Source of the DNA: Thermodesulfobacteriota bacterium
Lineage (GTDB): Bacteria; Desulfobacterota; UBA8473
NCBI GenBank assembly: GCA_034190725.1
Contig: JAXHSZ010000068.1
Location: 1-33,397 of the forward strand
Length of the DNA: 33,397 nt
Direction of reading: 5' to 3'
The stretch's first letter is position 1. Each line of letters begins with the position of its first letter. The translations under genes were made by a program, and so were the position numbers. Positions 24,720 to 32,327 of this stretch are shown here, one piece after another. The notes below the pieces were generated by a model, which saw only the letters and a program-made list of their open reading frames with translations, had not been told where the DNA came from and did no database searches.

Positions 24720-25100
24720 CTATCTTGCAAAAAGATGCGTGAATCTTTTAATTTTTCCCATCTGCTTCAAATTGGGCAACAGAGTGTCGCAATTGAGTCG
24801 TAACATGGCAATTGGAGCGAAAACTCCCATAAGCACAAAGAGATATCCATGCTCTATTCTCCTGATATAAAGTCTGCTCTTTTCAAATAGTAAATCCGCT
24901 TCTCTGATTCCTTTCAATGAGTCAATAAAAAAGCCCCACCAGTCTTTTGTATGAGGATCTACTGGAGGTGGAGATAAAAACTCTTCAAATATGATCTCTC
25001 CCTGAAAAGAGACTAATATAACCCCTTTCACATCTTCAGTTGTCAAAATACAGTGCAATAGTTTCTTGATTTCTTTCTTGGATGGCAATTTCGTTTGCAT
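24720..25100 (-). CDS. Roadblock/LC7-like small protein (second MglB-type paralogue), tentative
   Basis: The 126-aa protein shows the pattern LLHCILTTEDVKGVILVSFQGEII...ADLLFEKSRLYIRRIEHGYLFVLM, typical of Robl_LC7 (alpha-beta-beta ... beta-beta). Confidence 0.5.
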   Translation of the reverse strand: MQTKLPSKKEIKKLLHCILTTEDVKGVILVSFQGEIIFEEFLSPPPVDPHTKDWWGFFIDSLKGIREADLLFEKSRLYIRRIEHGYLFVLMGVFAPIAMLRLNCDTLLPNLKQMGKIKRFTHLFAR

Positions 25101-25333
25101 TCTTTGTTATCACCAGTTCACAAATCTTGAGATCCTGTTCTCAACGAAACAGGCTGAAGTTCCTTGAAAAAAGTAATAATCCGTGAGGGTGAATAGGACT
25201 TTGGTACGCACCGGCTGCTTGCTTCGTTTCTCATTAGATGCAGAGTCTGACACGTATCCTCATATACATAAAAACCTGCAATCCTAGTATTAATTTCAAT
25301 CTGAAGGTGAACATTCCCTTGATTTATAACAAT

Positions 25334-26407
25334 TTATGCGAATGTATCATTTATAATTTGAATTATTTTTTCCTTAGGACACTTTGGACTGATTGAAATG
25401 ACTGTTGTCTCTTGACCAGGTAAAAGTATGAAATCATTTGATTCACCCCTGTCTATATAGGCAAGATTCAGTCTTCCTGCATCAAAGATTGCCCCCATTT
25501 TTCGTATCTGCGCCATGAAGCTGTTCCATGAATTGTCCTGATATATGTTCTCTAGCTCCCACTTTTTATCCATCTTTGCATCCAACTTACACTTAATATA
25601 ATCCGTGGGGTTCGTATCTTCTGTACCCCCATTTTTCACCAATTCATCTGGGTTTTCATCCTCATTAGAGGGAGCGCCTGGTTCTTCTCTCTGCTCACGC
25701 TCATCTTTAAGCCGCATTGCTTCAAGGAGGACTGCCTGAAGGTCGTTCTCGATCCTCTTTTTCTTATTAAAACATGCATTTTGGATTGAAAGGTTCGCTT
25801 CATCCCAAGAGAGAATTTCATATGCAGCGACTGTTCCTTGGATACTCCCAACTCTTGCATCAATCAGCGCACCTTCCTTGACAAAGAGTACTCCATGTTT
25901 CCCCGACTGCTTATCATTTAACCTAATGGTACATGTCTTCCTTTCCATATCCATCAACTGTAAAAACATCCCAGAAGAGATATCATGTAATATTCCACCC
26001 TCTGACTCCCTCTGTAAGATCATCTTAATTTTCCGAGTAAGATCACTGATCACAATGGGTTTTTCAATGTATTCCAAGGCATCTTCCATTTGGATCTGCC
26101 TCTTGAGGCTTTCTTTCCCATAACCGGTCATTATGAATACCGGAATATCCGGAAAGTGTTCAACGATATAAGCCCGGAGTGTAGCTCCATTCATTTGTGG
26201 CATTTTGAGGTCAGTAACCACCAGAGAGATGGGGTTTTCCTTCAGCATTTTTATGGCTTGAAAACCGTCTCTGGCGGTTATTACAGAAAAATGCTCATCG
26301 TGGTCTTCAAGGCTTTCTTTGAGAGAGCGCAACACCTCTAGATTATCGTCGACAATGAGTATCTTTTTCTTCATAATTTTAGTCAATGAATTTTCAGTTT
26401 CATCCAT
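25334..26407 (-). CDS. response regulator: canonical receiver, DUF4388, and an unknown C-terminal domain
   Basis: The receiver residues are KKILIVDD, VVTDLKMP, IMTGYG and EKP. The DUF4388 pattern is GILHDISSGMFLQLM...GVLFVKEGALIDA...GTVAAYEILSW. The start is either ATG 26407 (inside a 34-bp palindrome) or ATG 26371 (MKKKILIVDD). Confidence 0.85.
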   Translation of the reverse strand: MDETENSLTKIMKKKILIVDDNLEVLRSLKESLEDHDEHFSVITARDGFQAIKMLKENPISLVVTDLKMPQMNGATLRAYIVEHFPDIPVFIMTGYGKESLKRQIQMEDALEYIEKPIVISDLTRKIKMILQRESEGGILHDISSGMFLQLMDMERKTCTIRLNDKQSGKHGVLFVKEGALIDARVGSIQGTVAAYEILSWDEANLSIQNACFNKKKRIENDLQAVLLEAMRLKDEREQREEPGAPSNEDENPDELVKNGGTEDTNPTDYIKCKLDAKMDKKWELENIYQDNSWNSFMAQIRKMGAIFDAGRLNLAYIDRGESNDFILLPGQETTVISISPKCPKEKIIQIINDTFA

Positions 26408-26425
26408 GCATGGATGAAACTGAAA
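26392..26425. repeat. 34-bp perfect palindrome spanning the annotated start codon of the REC-DUF4388 gene
   Basis: TTTCAGTTTCATCCATG|CATGGATGAAACTGAAA matches at 17/17. It lies between the stop of the 242-aa gene (26436) and the REC gene. Confidence 0.85.
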
Positions 26426-26435
26426 GTGAATTGAA

Positions 26436-27164
26436 TTACGGGAAACTGATCCTGTATCTTTTTAGCATATCGCAATGTCTCTTGAACCATGGATCTAAAT
26501 TCTTTTCAAGCTGATGCAGGATTCCAAGTTCATTGGCCGATTCCTTTACGGATTCTACTACCCCATATATGAGGTCTTGAGTGCTTGCATCCCCTTTAAA
26601 TGAAATCTTTTGATCAGAGTATTCGAATTCACCTGCAAACGGATCAAGAAAATCATACTTGCCAGCCAGTTCCACAAATTTCTTTTTGAGCAGAATACTG
26701 GACCCTGTCTTTATCTTCTTGTTTGAACCGACTGTTTGCTCGAATGCAATCAATAGTTCTTCGAGCATATTGAGCGCATTCGAAAATAATCTCCGACTCG
26801 TCTGTATCTTTCTCTTTTCTTTGTTTTCCATTGTAGGGGGAATCTTGCCGACGTTAAAAGTCCCCCCCCCTTCTTTTGTTTTTTGAATAAGGAGTTTTTG
26901 GTCTTCTTGGAAATTTCTGATCTTTCCGTTGTTCCACGAATACGACCCGACAACCATGTCTCCATTCTGGAAAAAGATGAGGCCCCTTTCCTCCCCTTTG
27001 CCTATTAATACATCCACATAACCGGTGAGCTTCTGAAAACTCATCTTTGTTAACAAACCTTCAAGATCAATGATGTCGACACTGAGGCCTTCATACATCA
27101 TCTTTGCGTTATATGCATTTGCCCAATAGTAGACTTTCTCATGATCTATATCATAGATGTTCAC
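26436..27164 (-). CDS. hypothetical protein with a DUF4388-like N-terminal module
   Basis: The GTG start overlaps the upstream stop (GTGA). The pattern LTGYVDVLIGKGEERGLIFFQNGDMVVGS resembles the DUF4388 core. The C-terminal half is unknown. Confidence 0.6.
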   Translation of the reverse strand: MNIYDIDHEKVYYWANAYNAKMMYEGLSVDIIDLEGLLTKMSFQKLTGYVDVLIGKGEERGLIFFQNGDMVVGSYSWNNGKIRNFQEDQKLLIQKTKEGGGTFNVGKIPPTMENKEKRKIQTSRRLFSNALNMLEELLIAFEQTVGSNKKIKTGSSILLKKKFVELAGKYDFLDPFAGEFEYSDQKISFKGDASTQDLIYGVVESVKESANELGILHQLEKNLDPWFKRHCDMLKRYRISFP

Positions 27165-27421
27165 TGTAAAATTATGGCTGCCTTTTTTTGCATGAGCAGA
27201 CCCACTGCTTTCTCGCCTTCGATCTCCCCGTATTTATTCTGAAAAACAGCTGTCAAAAGTTCGTCTTTGTCAAAGAAAATCATGCCTTCTGCGGAAACAG
27301 ACTTAAAATGGATCCCTCCTGCATCGAACTCCCCTTGATAGTGTTCCACAAGTCGCTCCATGTCGAGGTAATAGCTGTTCAGATTCTGAATAGAAGGCTT
27401 CTCTCTCGGAACAATAACCAT
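27161..27421 (-). CDS. small DUF4388-like protein (86 aa)
   Basis: The pattern FDAGGIHFKSVSAEGMIFFDKDELLTAVF...GEKAVGLLM resembles the DUF4388 core. It is translationally coupled to the next gene through a 4-nt overlap. Confidence 0.55.
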   Translation of the reverse strand: MVIVPREKPSIQNLNSYYLDMERLVEHYQGEFDAGGIHFKSVSAEGMIFFDKDELLTAVFQNKYGEIEGEKAVGLLMQKKAAIILQ

Positions 27422-27474
27422 TCGTCTCTCAAATTACACTTTTCAGGGTCTGTCATAAAAAAAGCATCACATCT

Positions 27475-28620
27475 TCAGGCTGCGTTCTTTGCTTTACGTC
27501 CTCGCAATCTCTCAATTGAAAGACGGATACTGTCCTGCATGCGTGAGACTGCTTCTGCCAGATCTTCTATTTCATCATTGGATTTTATTTCTATTTCTGC
27601 ATCCAACTCACCTATACTGATACGGTCCGCGGTTTCGGAGAGATGTCGGATTTTACCTGTAAGGCTACGTCCGTAGAGAAATATAATACATGCAATGGCG
27701 ACAAGCCCTGTCCCCATTGTTATCATATTGGCTCTTCTTATTTTTTCAGCAATCTGCGCTCCCTCTTTTTCCAGTATGTTAACGGGTGCATAGAGTTCAT
27801 CAAGGTAGAGAGTAGAACCAACAACATAGGATGTCCCTTCAACAGGAATACAAGCCATGTATTTCTCCCTTGTTCGCCCGTCCTTTTCATGCCATGTGTA
27901 GTAACCTGTTGAGCCCTTTCTGCCTTCCACTCCTGTAAGGGTTTTCCAAAATCCTTTAAAATTCTTCCCGAGAGTCTTTTTTAACTGGCTTAAATCAATG
28001 CCTACCAGGTGAGGGTTGGGATGGACCCATGCTCTCCAGATCCCATTTTCATCAGGCATCTCATAGAGAACAGTGTAACCGGTACGTCCTATCCTGTGGA
28101 GGACTACTTTCTTGAATTCTGGATCGCTATTGAAGTCCTCTTTTTTCAAGTCCGGGTGTTTCATGAGGTAGTTTTTAATCTGCATTGCTAAAAACTTGGA
28201 ATGACTATTTGTCTTCTCCTCTGTCATTCGTGTTATTATATTGACACTTTTATTTATTGTAAGCTCTTGCATGGATGACATGTTTCGTATTGAAAGAAAA
28301 ATACTGACGCTATAAATGATGATCAACGGCACAAGGATAAAAAACATAAATTTCGTTGTCAGACCAATTCTCCATGAACGCTTCCCGAAGATCTTCGCTA
28401 CACGATTTCCTGCATGCTTTTTTTGAATTGTAGGTTTGAAATGCGGCGTTGCCTTTTTTATGGCATGATAACCGTGTTGTGATTCCGAAGATCTGACATC
28501 AGGTTTCATTATGGTAATAACATGCCCACAAAACTGGCATTTCCCTTGGGCCGCATCTCCTTTAATTTTTGAAGGATCTACTCGATATTTTCCTCCGCAT
28601 TCCTCACAAAAAACAATCAT
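27475..28620 (-). CDS. membrane sensor: N-terminal MJ0042-type zinc ribbon, TM, Cache-like extracytoplasmic domain, TM, HAMP; no output domain
   Basis: The zinc ribbon is MIVFCEECGGKYRV...GKCQFCGHVI (CxxC...CxxC). The two hydrophobic segments are FMFFILVPLIIIYSVSIFL and MITMGTGLVAIACIIFLY. The HAMP region is LTGKIRHLSETADRISIGELDAEIEIKSNDEIEDLAEAVSRM, and the protein ends about 20 aa later. I prefer ATG 28620, with GAGGAG 7 nt upstream. Confidence 0.8.
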   Translation of the reverse strand: MIVFCEECGGKYRVDPSKIKGDAAQGKCQFCGHVITIMKPDVRSSESQHGYHAIKKATPHFKPTIQKKHAGNRVAKIFGKRSWRIGLTTKFMFFILVPLIIIYSVSIFLSIRNMSSMQELTINKSVNIITRMTEEKTNSHSKFLAMQIKNYLMKHPDLKKEDFNSDPEFKKVVLHRIGRTGYTVLYEMPDENGIWRAWVHPNPHLVGIDLSQLKKTLGKNFKGFWKTLTGVEGRKGSTGYYTWHEKDGRTREKYMACIPVEGTSYVVGSTLYLDELYAPVNILEKEGAQIAEKIRRANMITMGTGLVAIACIIFLYGRSLTGKIRHLSETADRISIGELDAEIEIKSNDEIEDLAEAVSRMQDSIRLSIERLRGRKAKNAA

Positions 28621-28631
28621 AGCTGAGCTCC

Positions 28632-29126
28632 TCAAGAAAGTTTCTTAGTATTATTGGAAATATCCGTTTCCTTAATTTTCTTGATCATATTCTGTTTAAA
28701 CCGTGTCATCTTCTCCTCTCGTTGTATCTGTCTGGCAAGCAAGTCAACCAACTCAGCTGCTCGACAACTCGGAAAATGTGATAGAGTATGATCCAGGTCA
28801 CTGACTGCATCATCGATCAATATCTCGGCTATTGGACCCACGGCCAAGGACAATTGAGCATTGAGATAATCAAAGAAGTCATCTTGCAGAATGGGAACAG
28901 CGCCCTCAACAGGTTCAACAAGCTCTAGTTTTAGAAGCTTGGAAATGATCTCCTTGATGATACCTATCTTTATACCCGTCTTCTGGGCTATTGTCCCAAG
29001 ATTTTTTTTGCCATCTAATTCCATAATGACTTTTAACATCTGGCTGGTCAGGGAAAACTCTCCAAGGTTGTCCCTCATTACGCGCTTGAAAACCATAACA
29101 TACGCTTCATTCAACGAAATATTCAT
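28632..29126 (-). CDS. hypothetical protein with a possible winged-helix (MarR-like) segment
   Basis: It contains the wHTH-like stretch NLGTIAQKTGIKIGIIKEIISKLLKLELVEPV. GGAG lies 9 nt upstream of the ATG. Its stop is followed at once by the SD of the next gene. Confidence 0.6.
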   Translation of the reverse strand: MNISLNEAYVMVFKRVMRDNLGEFSLTSQMLKVIMELDGKKNLGTIAQKTGIKIGIIKEIISKLLKLELVEPVEGAVPILQDDFFDYLNAQLSLAVGPIAEILIDDAVSDLDHTLSHFPSCRAAELVDLLARQIQREEKMTRFKQNMIKKIKETDISNNTKKLS

Positions 29127-29247
29127 TTCAAAGTCTCCAATAAACTCACTTCTCAGCCATTTGTTCTCATTATGAATGGAGTATGTAATTGATCAAGAAC
29201 TATCAAGAATTTTGTTTCTCCTTTCTGGAAGACTATCAGGTTCCCTT

Positions 29248-31611
29248 TTACTTTTCTTCTCTCCATAATTTTAATTCTTCCCTGAGAGAGCTGAATTCTG
29301 ATTGTATTGTATTCTTTATCTCTTCCAATACATGAATAAAAGCTTCGTCAGTCCATGTCATTGTTCCCTCAGGTCGAGATAATCCATCCTCACTCTGTTG
29401 ATAGAAATCGACCATCTCTTCTCTGTTCTCTTCATATTCTCCCGATATGGCGGGGGCAATCATTTCCGGGATTATATCTTCTTCTTCAATTGTTTCACAA
29501 GGAGTATCAGTGTCTTCAACCCCTATAGCTCCATAATCTTCTGCTGATGCATCAAAGTCTACAATCTCTTCAGTGATTTGGTCGTCCTGATAAGTCAATT
29601 CCGGAAAATCCATTCCTCCCCCTTGATCTTCCGCATAGTCTAATAAACATGCATCTTCTATTGGCATCTGCAAAGCGTCATCTTGTTCTAAGACAGCCAA
29701 TTCCGAAACGTCAATCTCTTCATCTTCGGTTGCCATTTTATCCTGTGGGAATCCCTGAAACATTTTCGTTTCAAGGGTGGAATCCGCTTCTTGAACAGTC
29801 AATTCCTGAAGAGTATTTTCTTGCTCCGTTTCATCCATCATAGATTTATTCTGTGTAGTCATTCCAAACGAGCTGTATGCTTCTTCATTGGTCTTTTCCT
29901 TGACATGGATCTCTTCTTCATCGGTCATGTCATCCTGTACAGTGATATCCTGTGTGGTCATTTCAGGCATAATATATTCTTCTTTGTCGATTCCATCTTC
30001 GATAGAGATCTCTTCTTCATTGATCACATCATCCTGTACAACGATATCCTGTGCGGTCATTTCAGGCGTGATGTATCCTTCTTTATCTACTTCCCGGAAT
30101 TCTAACTCTTCCTCTTCGTCTTTTATCTCTAACTTTTGCTCAATCTCTTCATCGATACCAACACTTGTGTCTTTCTTCCGTTTTCCGAATAACCAGAATC
30201 TCCTTCTTCCTTTTTTCTTTTTAGAAGATATTTCTTCTTCATTGGTTGCACTGTCTTCAGTAAAAGTATCAGCAGAGATTATTGTGGGACCAAATTCTGG
30301 TTCCTCTGTAACCTCATCCGATATATTAATCTCTTTCTCTTCTCCAGTGAAATCTTCTTCTGATATTGTATCGGAGATCAGTATTTCAGGTGGGGCGTAC
30401 TCTTCTTCGTCAAGTGTCTTTCCGATATTTATCTCTTCCTCTATAGCAACAATTTCAGTTTCTGCAGGTGTGTCTTGAGATGGAATATCCTGTAATGTAA
30501 ATTTTTCTTCTATAAACTCATTTTGAGTCTCAATCATATCTTCTTGGTCCGGCATCTCATCATTGAACAGCACATGGGATTCCATTGTCGGAAGGACTTC
30601 ATCTTCTTCAGTTGTGACTTCATTCTCAGGCACTTGGGGCATCGTCATCTCATCGGATCTTTTTTCCATTCGTTCTGAGACAGCAGTTTTTTCTAAAGCA
30701 ATTTCTTTTTTAAATTCATTAAATGCATTCAACTCTGCAATGAAGATTTCATCCTTTTCTAATTCTGAAATCTCTTGGGATACCATCACCTTTTCCAGAC
30801 TATCACAAGCAGAGCAGAGTAATCTCATAGATTTCGGATTGGCTTTTTCCTTCTTTACTTGAATATATTTACCAATACCGCCAATGAGTTGAAGAAACAA
30901 AAGAGCAATCCTGTCTTCATTCCACATGTGCTTTAGCCTATTCATCTCATCGTTAAACCGCACCAAAACCTGATCTTTTATTTCCAAATCGAGTGATTCA
31001 ACAATTTCTTTTAAATTTTTCACTGGTGAATCAGGTATATCGGTGGCGTTATCTTCTTCCATCTCTGCAACAATTACAGTCTCAGGAGGAGTTTCTATTT
31101 CCATCGCCTCAACAAGAGGAAGTTCCATCTTTCTGGGAGTTTCTGTCTTTTCAAGGGCAATCTGTCTTTTCAGCTCATTGAATTTATTCAGTTCAATGCG
31201 AAACAACCTTTGCTTATTTTCTTCAGAAATTCCGTTTGTTAATGCCACCTTTTCGAGACTACTATAGGCAGAATGGAGCAATCCAATGGAACCATGATGG
31301 GCTTTGTCCCGCTTTTTTCTGATATATTGTCCAACCCCTCCAAGGAGCTGAAGGAACATAAGAATAGTTTTGTCATGCTTCCAAATCTCTTTTTGCCTGT
31401 CTATCTCGTTGTTGAATCTGTCCATTATCTGATCGGTAATCTCCCAATCGAGTGATAGAACTGCGACCTTCAAGTCTTTGATTGGCGAATCCTGCACGCC
31501 GAGGGAGGAGTCCTGTTCCTGACTGTCAGTTTGTATTTCATTTTCTCCAAAGAGTTCATCAAATCGTTCATCCAGTTCCATGGTAATCGTAACATCATCG
31601 TTATAATTCAA
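29248..31611 (-). CDS. hyperacidic repeat protein (787 aa), unknown function
   Basis: The TTG start at 31611 lies 7 nt after a GGAGGG that directly follows the mglA stop. The protein has two copies of a module of about 116 aa (31144-31491 and 30685-31032). It also has three 33-aa acidic repeats (29788-30084) and one basic/hydrophobic island, SSKKKKGRRRFWLFGKRKKD (30169-30228). Confidence 0.8.
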   Translation of the reverse strand: MNYNDDVTITMELDERFDELFGENEIQTDSQEQDSSLGVQDSPIKDLKVAVLSLDWEITDQIMDRFNNEIDRQKEIWKHDKTILMFLQLLGGVGQYIRKKRDKAHHGSIGLLHSAYSSLEKVALTNGISEENKQRLFRIELNKFNELKRQIALEKTETPRKMELPLVEAMEIETPPETVIVAEMEEDNATDIPDSPVKNLKEIVESLDLEIKDQVLVRFNDEMNRLKHMWNEDRIALLFLQLIGGIGKYIQVKKEKANPKSMRLLCSACDSLEKVMVSQEISELEKDEIFIAELNAFNEFKKEIALEKTAVSERMEKRSDEMTMPQVPENEVTTEEDEVLPTMESHVLFNDEMPDQEDMIETQNEFIEEKFTLQDIPSQDTPAETEIVAIEEEINIGKTLDEEEYAPPEILISDTISEEDFTGEEKEINISDEVTEEPEFGPTIISADTFTEDSATNEEEISSKKKKGRRRFWLFGKRKKDTSVGIDEEIEQKLEIKDEEEELEFREVDKEGYITPEMTAQDIVVQDDVINEEEISIEDGIDKEEYIMPEMTTQDITVQDDMTDEEEIHVKEKTNEEAYSSFGMTTQNKSMMDETEQENTLQELTVQEADSTLETKMFQGFPQDKMATEDEEIDVSELAVLEQDDALQMPIEDACLLDYAEDQGGGMDFPELTYQDDQITEEIVDFDASAEDYGAIGVEDTDTPCETIEEEDIIPEMIAPAISGEYEENREEMVDFYQQSEDGLSRPEGTMTWTDEAFIHVLEEIKNTIQSEFSSLREELKLWREEK

Positions 31612-31623
31612 TTGTCTGCCCTC

Positions 31624-32229
31624 CTATTTCAGTTCCTCTTGCAAGGATGATATAGTTGTGGATATTATCCTTTTCAGTGTGGGAAGCACATTTTCTCCTG
31701 TTACAGCACTGGCCTCAAAAGAAGGTACCTTCAAACGCCCGTTAAGGTCTTTTTCCAGTGTTTCTAAAGATAAGAGAGGAATACCATCTTCTTTGAGGTC
31801 CCTTTTGTTATATTGCAATACAAGGGGAACCCTGAAGATGTTCTTATTATGAGCCGTCAAGTTTTCTTGAAGACTCTTGAGAGATAAAAGATTCTTTTCT
31901 CTTCTCACTGCCATGGAGTCAGCAACAAAAACAACACCATCCACCCCTTTCAAAACCAAGCGTCTGGTTGCATTATACTTCACCTGTCCCGGCACTGTGT
32001 AGAGTTGTATTCGAACAGCATATCCCTTTATCTTCCCCACATCAAAAGGAAGAAAATCAAAGAAGAGGGTTCGGTCTCCATAAGTCTTTATACTGACCAT
32101 ATCCGATTTGACCCTCTCTTTAAATCGTGTATTTATATATTCGAGATTCGTGGTCTTCCCACCCCTACCAGGGCCATAGTAGACTATTTTTACCTGTACC
32201 TCTTTGTTTTTGAGATTGATGAATGCCAA
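31624..32229 (-). CDS. mglA: MglA-family Ras-like small GTPase
   Basis: It matches MglA landmarks closely: FINLKNKEVQVKIVYYGPGRGGKTTNLEYI, GDRTLFFDFLP, LYTVPGQV, LKGVDGVVFVADS and LQYNKRDL. I place the start at TTG 32229, 5 nt after GGAGGGA, which gives (M)AFIN... as in MglA. The ORF-track start at 32244 would include the SD. Confidence 0.92.
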   Translation of the reverse strand: MAFINLKNKEVQVKIVYYGPGRGGKTTNLEYINTRFKERVKSDMVSIKTYGDRTLFFDFLPFDVGKIKGYAVRIQLYTVPGQVKYNATRRLVLKGVDGVVFVADSMAVRREKNLLSLKSLQENLTAHNKNIFRVPLVLQYNKRDLKEDGIPLLSLETLEKDLNGRLKVPSFEASAVTGENVLPTLKRIISTTISSLQEELK

Positions 32230-32327
32230 AACTGATCCCTCCAAAATACTGGTTCAATTCTCATACCGACTGGACCAATCGGACTGATAAAGCAAAGAAA
32301 ATAAGAAATGAGGTGAAGAATTCCTCA

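Noticed and set aside
29649-31455. Plus-strand ORFs of up to 196 aa, rich in Ser/Ile/Phe, opposite the hyperacidic gene
   Set aside because: They are antisense low-complexity reflections of GAA/GAT-rich coding repeats. They have no start context.
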